From Macrostomum lignano (Eukaryota), in assembly GCA_002269645.1 (NCBI GenBank), contig NIVC01001272.1, forward strand, positions 124,001 through 188,000: a DNA stretch of 64,000 bases, in the 5' to 3' direction. Numbering within the stretch: the stretch's first letter is position 1; the number at the start of each line of letters is the position of its first letter. The position numbers were made by a program, and so were the translations under genes. Of the stretch, positions 44,393-55,694 are shown piece by piece. Below the pieces are notes generated by a model. That model ran no database searches. It was given only the letters and a program-made list of their open reading frames with translations, and was not told the origin of the DNA.

Positions 44393-47300
44393 ATGGCTGA
44401 AACGGCTGGAGCACATGTAAAGCAAATTGCGGATGTTGAAAAATGCTGGCTTGAAAGTTCACCTACTTTTTGGGACGCAGAAGAGGTCGATAATAATCAA
44501 AACAAAGGTCTGCTCTTCTACGCAAAAAGTTACGACTTTCAGGTGGTAATTGATATCATTAAAGACTTCGAAAAGCTAGAATTACTAGAAGATGACAATC
44601 GTCGGACGGCAGCTCACTTTGCAGCCATGCATCAGAATGGAGAAGACGCGCTGACAGCTTTAGTTCAGAAGTTCGGAGCAACCTGTCTGCAAAGTCGTGA
44701 CTTAGACAATATAACCCCGCTGCACTTGTCTGCTCGCTATCACTCGCCGCCGTCCTGGAGGTCAAATTTCAAACTTATCAAGTCTGTTAACCTCTCAAAC
44801 TACAAAGATTCAAACGGAGACACGTGCGCTCACTGGGCTGCTCAAAACGCGAATGACTACAAAATGGTGCTCACCGTGAAGGACCATGCTTTTGGAGTTT
44901 GCTGGAATTGGAAGAATAACAGAGAAGAAACTGTATTACACCATGTACTTCAGTATTTCCGAAGCGAGGAAGCTCTCAAGGAGATCCTCGATAGCATAGG
45001 GAAGACTAGCGATGTCTTTACAGAAAAAGACGTCGACAACTATACCGTAGTGCACTTTGCTGCCAAAAATAATAATTTCGATGCCATTAGCATCTTAAAA
45101 CCGTGGTATAGTATAAGTTTATCTTCTACTAGCAAAGAAGCATCAAATAATGACAAAAAGGAGACAGTTCTACATTTGGCCCTGAAACACTACAGCGAAG
45201 AAACAGCAATGAAACTCATTGATGACGCTGCTTCTAAAGTGTCGTTAACGAAGCTGCTAGAGCAGAAGGACAGTCAGGGAAACACCTATCTGCATGCGAT
45301 GGCTCAGTGCCAAGGCAAAGATGCAGCGCTACTGAAGGCTGCATTGCAGCATGCTCGAGAGCAAGAAACTATGGAACCAGCCCATAAAAAAAGGCCTGTA
45401 CCTCAGAAAAAATTGTCCTATTTAAGTAAATCTGGAGTTCAACAGTACAAAAACATCTCGGTAGAAGGTGACCGCCAGCATTGCCTTCTTGATCAAAACA
45501 AGCGCAAATCTACGGTTCTTCATTACGCTATGGAAAATTGTAGACTCGAAACTGTAAAAAAACTGCTCGGCGAGCTAAAGTCTGTCGATAGCCTACTAAT
45601 CCGCGACAAAGACGGAAACACAGCTATCCACATCGCAGCAAAGAGAAAAGACAAGTATGAGGTGCTTAATGAAATTATCAAACACTATAGCTTAACGCAG
45701 CAGAATGGAGCTCATTCGATTTTAAGCAAGCGAAACAACAAAAATCAATCAGTGCTTCACCTGGCAATCGATGCGATGGGTCCATCTGAGCCCGATCAAC
45801 AGCACGAAACTATAGAGTCTTTGATTAAAAAAATGCCACAGGATGAGCTCATCCGAACCGATAGAGCAGGAAATACACTACTGCATTCACTGATGCAGAG
45901 TAGACTCACTTATGATGGAGTTGAACAGCAAATATTTAATCGATTCATGTGGCTTGCTAATGAAGCCAATGTAAATCCTGAAGCTGTAAACAACCTCAGT
46001 CTGAACTGCCTGCATGCAACAAAACTTGATGCTTCAATTCTGTGCAAGCTGCTTCGTAAAGTTAAAGACAAAAAAGCAAAAAAGATCTTCGATAAACTAC
46101 TCGTAAATTCAGCGACTGGTGCCCACGTTATTCACACGTTTTCCGGGCAGTACAGCCTTCAGCAGTCAGTATCTACACAGGGCGAGCAGTCGACAACTAT
46201 GCTACATATAATCGCAAAATTATCAAAAGTAACTGGAGATCCTGAGTCTCAAGTCTTAAAACTGATCAAGAAGAAAGTAAATCCGCCATCTTGCGGGAAC
46301 AATGAACACGGAGAGACATGCTTGCATTTTGCCTGCGCTTATGGCCATCGCGAAAACATTGTGTTTTTGCTTTCGAAAGGCTTAAGCCTTTGGTCAACGT
46401 CTCATTCGGGGCAAACTTGCGTGGACTTCGCCTTTGAAAACGGAAAATTTGATGACCTTGCGCAGGCTGCTAGAGAATATAACAAAAAAATTCAGGAGGG
46501 GGCTTTAATTAAAACTGAAAGTCCGCAACATGACAGAACCGATCCACTAACGGTTAGTCGTGATTTATATGATTCTCGCAAAGCAATCAAAACAATTGAC
46601 ATGTGCCGTCTTCTAGATCCGCCTCATAGGGCGCTAAAGCTTCCTGACAGGCAAGACGCTAGAAAGACTCTGGCGCCCATCATGAACGAATATAGAGCCA
46701 CAAAGCAAAGCCACGGCTTAAACACAAAGAAACATATGAGGGATAAAATTGTGCTGATCAGAGCGCTAGAAATGGACTCCACAAAAATATTTCGCTCTGC
46801 ACTTAGCCTGGACATGGTGACGCGTGAAACAGGGGAGTCTTTCACTAGCTATTTCCTTGATGCACTCAAAAACGAGAAAGATCTCCTTCGAAACGGTTTC
46901 CCTCGACAGAACGTATTCAAGCAAATGACTCACGTCGATGCTGCTTTTGAATTGGAAATTTTAGACTTGGCCGCCTTCTTCTACCGTGACGAGATTATGC
47001 CGGATCTGATTTTGACTCGACAATTTGAGCTGATTCCGTGCTGCCTCAGCTTGCTCATCCATCTGGGTCCGAAAATTGTTGAATTGCAAGCTAAGTCAGA
47101 AGACAAGCATGAGCAATTGCTTCAACTGCAGAGGAAAGTAACTAACATTGCAATGAACGCATTAAATGAGTTATTTATTAACGCTGAGGGCGCTGAGAGG
47201 GAGCTGCTGTTTAAATACATTAAAGGAGAGTTAACACCCTTAACTCTGACCAACGAAGAAAAATCGATGAAAAAGTACAGCGACTTTTTGGGGCCTAAGT

Positions 47301-49178
47301 TTCCATACCGAGTCTCTGATGGAAGTGAGAGAATAAATTACGGCAGCGTACTTGACCTTGTGAAGGAAGCCGATTGCTCGGATCTTTTTGCAACCGACTG
47401 CATCTATTATCTGACGAAAGTAGAGTGGAGAGAACCCATCTCATCTTGCTCAAAGGAACATGGATGTTGTGGAAACTGTCTTTTATGCAGCGCCTCCAAA
47501 AGATTTTTCACCAGCCAGTCAAAATTTTCGAAACTAAACTCTCCAAAAGCAAAATTCTTGAGCCAAATATTCACCTTTATTTTGTTTCTTGCTTTCTTTG
47601 GCTGGTACGTTATAAATTTTCAGAAAACTTTCTGGATGGGTCCTGTGGATGCAGTTCTTGTGGCGTACTTTTTTTCGTTCCTCCTGCAAGAGTTGCGGGA
47701 AATAAAACGATTAAAAGGAAAGAAAGCTTTAGTAATCTTAGGTAAGCGCGTAAAGTGGGTTAACCCATACGTCAGAGACTGGCAGAATATGCTCGATATC
47801 GCTGCCCTTTCGTTGCTACTCTTCGGACTGGGCACAAGGTACTTTTATTACTCTAAAGGTTTTAAGTCGGAAGACGCCTATCCAAGTCAGATGATTCTTG
47901 GAACATCATACGCACTTTTCTGTTTTCGATCTGTATCGTTTCTTGGGAAATTTTATAGCGTCGGACCCATGATAAGCATGCTTGGGAATTTAATATTTTT
48001 TGACTTGCTACCATTTCTGCTGATACTGATGGTAATATTCTGCTCTTTTGGAGTCTTTTTTACCTGCTTGCTGTTTTCTTTTACTTGGGCTCCTAAAGCT
48101 GACGTTGACAATCCGTACTATGGATGGGAAGTGTTTGTTCAAACTGCCACCCTGCCGTTTAACTTGCTGTTTAACAACTTCGACCAGATCGAGTTCAGTT
48201 CTTCTCCAGACAGCACAAAGTTAGGAAAAGTCGCTATCAAACCAGGCCATGAGTGGTTTTATCAACTGCTAATATTCATTTTCCTGGGCCTGGTGAATGT
48301 GGTGATGATGAACCTGCTGATCGCGCTCTTCAATTTGCGAGTCACCCAAATGTACGGCGTGGCCATCGGCATCTGGAGAAAAAAGTACTTTCAGGTGCTA
48401 CAGGAGTACAAGAAAATGACAACGCTTCCTCCTCCCTTTTCTTTTCTGGAGCACACTTTAAGCTTAATTTGCTTCATAAACAAGAAAATTTGCAAATACT
48501 GTTGCAAAAACGACGTGAGCAGCTTAGCGACATGTGACTTTGAAACTCACCCTGACTATAAACAATTTGAGGTAAGTTTTGCATCGCTCCATTTGCTACG
48601 TTTTTTACGTCAGGTTTCATTGAGTTTTAAATTTTTTCTACCCCTTAATACGCTTTCAGGATGATTATGCAAAGTGGTGGATGGACGAAAAGCGCTACCC
48701 CGCAGATTACCTGCGATTTCTCCAGTTCCAAGCAATTCAGTTCCGCAGATGCCGACATCGACTGCTTCGCGACTCCCAGTGGAACAAAAACGACTTTGAC
48801 CTGGTGACGGCACGCACGGCAAACGAGCTTTCCGATTTAAAATCGGAGCTGCAGGAAATGCTGGAAAATTTTAAGCGAAAAGAAGAGGACAGGCAGCACA
48901 GACACGATTCGCCGAATGACAGTAAGCAGAAAAGTAGAGAAATGGATCATTCGGAACGAACTGCAACGCCGGAGTACGATCTCACCCAAGAAACGCAGGA
49001 GAACCGCCAAATTCAAACATTGCTGGAGGAGCTAAATGAACGAAGAAATGAAAGTGTTGAAAAATTGACAAAACTCGAAGAGCGAATGACGCGACAAAGG
49101 CGTCGAATAAAAGACATGGAGTCGAAACTTGACAAGCTTTTAGAGCTTGCTGAGCAGCAGCATCACGCATCCACATGA
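44393..49178 (+). CDS. Ankyrin-repeat TRP cation channel with a TRPM-like MHR3/4-TM-TRP helix-coiled coil core, paralogue 3, intact (1,565 aa)
   Basis: Exon 44393-48571, phase-0 intron 48572-48659 (gtaagt..ttcag), exon 48660-49178. About 14-16 TxxH-type ankyrin motifs, pre-S1 SPKAKF, six hydrophobic segments, NLLIALF...IW...EY...LPPPF and a C-terminal coiled coil (LEERMTRQRRRIKDMESKLDKLLEL). Confidence 0.92.
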
Positions 49179-52100
49179 ATCCGATACTGTTACAAGTCTA
49201 TAAGGACAAGCTTGCGTACCGCTGCTCCCAATTTGTGACGCACATTCGGCTTTTCACATTGCCGTTGCTAATTCTTTTCATTCCATATTATTTCACTCTG
49301 AGCTATTTAAACTTTCAACTACCGAAGGGTCAGCAGAGCTAATGTAATCAAATAATAGACCAAAAAGCATAACCACCAATAATTTTTTTGAAGTCTGTCT
49401 CGTAATAAATAAGCATTTGTGCTCCATAGCCTTTCTGCCGAGAATGTTCTGCACCTTTGTCAAAAGAAAAAAGGTAAAAAAGTCGTACCTTCACTGTATC
49501 TAGCTACACGTAGAAAACTAACGAAAGTGTGTTTTAAAATGTCATATTTCTTCGGCAAGGTATAATAAACGACACATAGTTATAACAAAGGGTTGAAACT
49601 ATTTACAAATGCACTAAGAACCTTAAAATATAACAAAACAGCATGCGAAGATTGCACCAGATTAGTAGTCGTAGATGCAAGGTGAAGCTCTCGTGTGACA
49701 GATTGGGATTCCGTATGGTTAAATGAATTTTTTCTATGGCATTCGTTTAATCATTAGATGTGATTTTTATAAGTACAGCTGCAGTAGCCTTTCGGGCATA
49801 TACCTGCTTGTAAGATTTTTAACTGTTTTCCCATCATAGTTTTTGTTTTCTTTACGAAAAAATAATTGCATGCTTTGTTACGAGCGTAAGACAGCGGAAA
49901 CCATTATTAATTAAGTTTTCTAAAACGTATTTTTTGCTGTAGCTTTATGTTCGCATTCTGTTGTTTTGAATTTCGAACACTTTATAAATCATTAGTGACG
50001 ACGTGTACTTGCATGTAGCTATTTAAGGTTCACGAAATGCGTTGCATAAAAAATCGGCACATGACATAATTTGTGGAATATAGATTTTTATTGAGAATGG
50101 TTACATACCCGTTTAATGATTGTGCATCAAGTTCAGTTAAACGCGTATTGGAAGATTTTTTGGTAAACGCAGTCTTAAATTAGAAAAAAAATTTCTATGT
50201 TCGCTTTACTGTAAATTTTAATTGTTATTAATATTTTTAAAGCATTCGCGATTTAAAACTTCACTAATAGAGGTTTGCCTTATTTTTGTGGTCTTGTTTC
50301 TTATCATATATAAGACTGAATTTACATGTAAAACTGATCTTAAAGTTTGTTGCTACTTTTTTACAGCAACTGGTATTGCTTCAAAGTAGAAATAAAAAAA
50401 TCAGTGGCTTCTCCACCTTTTTGCCGTGTTTAAACCCATAGAAGCAAAAACATTCCTAATGGACACTTTGACTGACTCGCTTTGACTGACTGACTCAGTC
50501 GTTAAATCTCTTTGCAAACAAATGCCTTAAAACGTAATACGATTTCTTGGCTTTCCAGGTTTGGGTAAAATTAATTAAAACTTCTGTGTGTTTCAGCAAA
50601 TCAACTCAGCCGGCAAGAATGTTAAACGACAAGTTTTGACTACGCACAACTTTTTTTAACCGACAGGTTTGAGTTCAAAATCATCTGTATCTACCTCAAA
50701 TTAATAATGGATAAATAATCAGCGGTCCCAGTGCGGGACAACGATTGTCTGGCGAGCGCCGGTAGGCGCGAGCCATAGACAAATCGTTGTCACGTGCTGC
50801 GTACCGCTGATTCTTTGCATTGTTTTTCTGTTTGACGATCCTACAGACAATGCATTGTTTGTAGTAATGGATTGTTCTGCATTAAAAATGTGAATAATGA
50901 TCGTCAAATTGCTAAACAATGAGTACGCGGCTGAACCTGAATATATACACAAAGATAAGCCTGAAGTGACGGTCACAGGACAACTTCAGCGCCCAGCAGT
51001 CTGGGTTTCTTAAACCTACTTAGTTGGGTCGAACCACACTTCATCTGGTCCGTTTTTATTTGATTTGATAAATCCGATATTATTGCACTCTCTCTGGCAA
51101 AACAAAACGGATATCATGACAAGATAATTTTATGCAAAACAGGATAGCAAACCCTGTTTTGGTAGCTCTGGTAGTGCAAAAGTGATCCGGTATAAATTGT
51201 TTTTGTGTGACGAAATCTTAACGCTACTTCGCGCAAAATTCAGGGCAAGAGTCGTTGAACAGATACATTCCGGTAATTCACCAGGCAGATTCACACAAGG
51301 AAACGCTGTGTTATTGCGCCTACTGTTACCCCAACCAATAGTGTGGTGAGCCAGTACGAGCTAGAATTACCGTTAGGTGTCTCACTCGAGTCAGCAGCTT
51401 CTCTCGCTCTAGGCCTGCCTGTTTTCTGGTGAGGGGCTGAGCTCCCCCCTTCGGTCTGCCTGCTTCCCGCCTCACTCCCCTATTTTCCCTGGTTTCGTTT
51501 GGAGCCACTGAGCAGCTTGGGCTGTGTGGCCTGCATATGCTCTTTCTTTCCTCTGCGTGCAGCGGTCACTGGTGCTTTTACTGGTGGCCCGTCTCTCCCT
51601 TTGTCATGTGAGCAAGTCACATGAAAATCTCTATTTTCTCGCAATCCGAAGTACAGTGACACCTAATTTATTATTGCACGGTTAATCACTGCTTATGGCG
51701 GAAATCATGTTTCCATGCCCAGGCACCCTTGCCTTCTCTAAGGCAGCATGATGTCAGTTTCTAAAAATAGATACAGCGTCACGCAATATCTTGGGTGCTC
51801 TGACGCAATGGGGGTTGCCCTAGCTAGGTTATAACTACGAGCCCTTTCAGCCTTCTTTCCGTTAAGGATTCACTCCCAGTTTTTGAGCTCGACGCGAGTT
51901 GTCTGCATTTGCAAATCAAACATTGTCTCGATCAAGTGCTTATCTGAAACCCAGACTACTAACCACGGCAATCACCCGCTTAGCCCCGACAGGATCTGCT
52001 GATTAGTCGCCAAAATCCTAAATTTGCACGAAGTGTTGAGCTTTCTCGATTTGCCTAATTTCGTTCCGACTGGACGCTCACCTCACCAAAGACTGAGACC

Positions 52101-52344
52101 CGGAGGACTGGTGGCAGCAACTACATTTACCTACCCTACTAGAGAAGGCTTCGATAGAAGAGGCACTTCAGAAGGCCTAAAGGTACAAATATGGTGCCTG
52201 TACTTCAATAGCTATGGCGTTTTCAGATGGATGTAAATATATATGTACGAGTAAAGAGCGAAAAACAAGAGAGAAAAAGGCAAAAATGCATTTTTGTCCA
52301 CATTGGAATCCCAAAAATTGTTTATTTAGTCTGATTTCTGGAAT

Positions 52345-54200
52345 ATGGCAAAAGTGCTGAAAGTGCGAATCTGCGTGAAGTCTGACCACAGCCTGGTGGC
52401 CTGTGACATCGACCAACGCTGGATTAAGCTGAAGCATTCGACCAGTCTGCTGACTCTTTCAGTCTGCCGTCCTGCCACGGCTGAAAGCAAATCAACCCAA
52501 GACGCTGTAGGACAACGACCCGGAAATTCTCCGGGCGAGGCAAAAGGTGCAGCGCGCCACTGCTATTCACGGCTACGAAAGCTACGAGGTCAGTACTACT
52601 CCGGACCAGCTGCAGAGCATCGGGACGCTCAGCGGGACCGAGATCTTCATCAAAGAAGCAGTGAGCAAAATTCAACTAGCGACTGACAACTGCCGCCACA
52701 ACGCTGCTTGTTGAGTCATTAATAAGATGACAGGCAGGAGGCCAGGCCCAGCACAGTCCTCGGTGTGACTCTATCCAGCACCGCAAAGTCTAGCTGGGTC
52801 TCGCACTACATCGACGTGCTCAACGCCCCTGCTCCAGCCACCCCACTCCAGGGTCTTGAAGACCATGCGCGCTAATGCAGACTCTGGGGTCGATTCCATT
52901 CCCACCAGTATCCTGAAGCTGCCCGAGCTAATAACTCCTGTTGTTTGGAACCGCCTGTTGAAAAAGCACTTGCAGTCTTGGAGGCGGTAAGGCTAGCTGC
53001 ATGGGCCCCACCACAATGGCGGCCACCTCCAAGATCGTTTTGATCCCGAAGTGGGGGGCCTCTACCAGCCTGAAAACTAGCGAGGCATTGCGCAGGAACG
53101 CATCATCGCAAAGACCTGTCAGGTCCAACACATAGAGGCCTGCAAGACCCGCCAACGCTCCGTGTCGATCGTCTTCGTGAACTTTCGTGCTCAGGCTTGC
53201 GATCGAGTGGTTGTGGTCCTACTACGGCGTTCCCCCTGTACTGGTAGCTGCGGTGATGGACCTGTAGTGATTTCTGGGCGTTTGTGCGGATGAGCGACGG
53301 CCCCCACCGATGGGTTCAGCACAATCTCCGGCGTCCTGCAGGGCAACACGCTGGCTCCCCTGCTTTTCATCATGGTCGTGAATTACGTGCTGCGCCGCTC
53401 CCTTCAAGAGGACAATATAGCTATACATGTACATGCTGGTCCCATACCGAAGCTCCGACATCCCGCTGTTCCGCTGCCTGCTCCTCTATCGCGACCCAGA
53501 ATGGCGATGGACGACTTGGTCTTACGAGTAGTTTGCGCACGCCATGGTTTCACAGCCTCCGATTTTCTTGGGTTAATTTCTCTTCAGGTGGAAGCAGCTA
53601 GGCATTTTGCGGCGGTCTCGCGGCACTGAGATAGTGGTGACGTCGAACTTGTTTTTCATCCACGTAAGTAATCGCCAACGTGCTTGGCGTATATGCCAGT
53701 GTGACCGGACCGCTAGCTACCTTTGTTTCAGAGTTGTCCAACAATCTGTTTTGGCCCGGCCCAAACAGGTAACCCGCAGGAAACAGGAACTGCTCGTCAT
53801 TAAACAATGCCCGGGAGGATCCCTCGTGGAAATGCGTATGATGCGCGGAAAAACGGGGGCACTTTTAGTAGTTAAAAGTTTCTCTGGGGTTTTACTAACG
53901 AGAAGCGCTTTTTCAGCGTGTCGATGCGCTGCTGAAAATCTCGTTTGTCACATTGCTCTACCTGGATCATATTCACCAGGCACTTGACGCGGCTTGCCGG
54001 CATCTGCATAATCGAGCAGACCAATATCGTCTTAGCTAGAGACTGTACGGTATAGGTCGACATGCGAGCAGGGTCACACACGGCACTCTTGCTAAGAATG
54101 TCCTGCTTAGCTAGTCGGTCCAGCCGACGCTCAACTAATGTTCATTGCCTCATCCACGAAAGCACCGGCTCGACTGGAATCAGCGTCCCTGGTTTGTTAG
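52345..54200 (+). pseudogene. Decayed non-LTR retrotransposon ORF2 (RTE-like): endonuclease end and RT
   Basis: SDHSLV (APE C-terminal motif), GVLQGNTLAPLLFIMVVNYVLR (RT motif) and RLAGHLH (C-terminal motif), with many frameshifts and stops. Confidence 0.75.
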
Positions 54201-55694
54201 AGGTGCTCTGAAATAGAAATAAACTAGAGCACGAAGCGGGCCGATTTCGTTTATAATCGATCGCGTATAATCGCGTACATGTACACATACAGTACTACTA
54301 CTAGCGGCATTGCCGACGGCCGTTCGTTCCATTTTTTCGATGGCTTTGATTGAATCGCCGATTGAGTACAGAGAGAAGCCAAAATAATTTGATCATTCAA
54401 TATATTCCGTGGCTAAGTACATGTGCGTTAAAAACAAAGGCATTGTGCGCACGTTGTTTTTTATTTTTTTGACACAAGATCAAATCGAGAAAACTTACAT
54501 GTATTCGTAGCTGCTCGCTGCTTCACAAATTAAAATTATAGGCGACTGAGACTAAAAGATTTTTAAGTGTTACATTCATTTTATCTTATTCCCTATCTAC
54601 ACCGAAACTGGCCAACAGTAGTATCTGATGCGCCATTTTGATTTAATTATTTATACAAACGTGGACTCGGGGAGCAGTATTAGAAAACGCTGCATCTCAA
54701 TTATAATATTGATTGTATTCAGATTAGTAATGACGCGAAACCAAGTGCTAGATTTTACTATGTCACATGTTGGTATAGTTGTATAGTTTTACAGCAGTGG
54801 CGAATCGGCTAATTACCACCCACATGCATGCAGTCAATCCGTCGGACCAACTGCAAGCTCCCTGCCTTAACAAACGCGCCCTTGGTTTGCAACGTCAAAA
54901 GCTCTCATGCAGACTGAAGTGGAACATTTATCTGACGTTCAATAATGATTATTATAAAAATTAAATTATAAGCACAAATTTAGGAATTACTGGGATGCCA
55001 GTAAGCTACTCGAAATCTCCTGTTGCAACAGCATAGACTTGACTCTTTTCAAACTAAAAAGTCAAATAAATAAAAAATATAAGCTATAAAATAAATTATT
55101 TTTATATTTTTACCTATATCGTTACTAACTAAAAGGATTTGTTTAAGCGCGAATAAAAGCTGTTTATTTTTAAATGTAAATTTTTACGTGAAATTTCTTG
55201 GAAATTCTTAATTAATTCTTTTATTGCACAAGTAGGGTAAACTGTGGACACGGAACCTCTTTGCTCTTTGAATTCTGTGAACTTGTTACAATTAGTGTAA
55301 AAATATCTTAAGCTCTACAAGCCTATAGCAACAATAACGAGGCATTTCATTCTGCGTGTAACGTTGATTTAAACACTATTTCCAGTATTGCCCAATTGTT
55401 TCGGCCTAGCCTAAGCAACGCTGTGAATCGTGGCTTTATTATAATTTATTCATAGGAATAATTTTAATAACACAGATTTAAATAGTCAATTGAATTAAAT
55501 TGAGTTAACATATTTAAAACTTTCAAATTTCTTTTCACCCTATTAGAGTTGTCTTGTGTAATTTATTACACTTTTGGTTATTTTTAAGCTTGCTAGACTA
55601 CTAGTACTAATTTATAACTTGTATATTACACATAAATTATAGCTAAGCAAAGTTATAATAATATAAGTCAGAAGCCTTCCTAGTAATTAGTGTT

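Noticed and set aside
10449-49178. Calling the channels TRPA1, TRPN or TRPC, or giving them a gene symbol
   Set aside because: The ankyrin number fits TRPA, but the linker, S1 and post-S6 motifs look TRPM-like. No EWKFAR box is present and there are too few repeats for TRPN. No orthology can be claimed without a tree.
51326-51670. Possible gag start and PBS-like aggtgtca on the minus strand
   Set aside because: There is no LTR pair, PPT or diagnostic gag motif.
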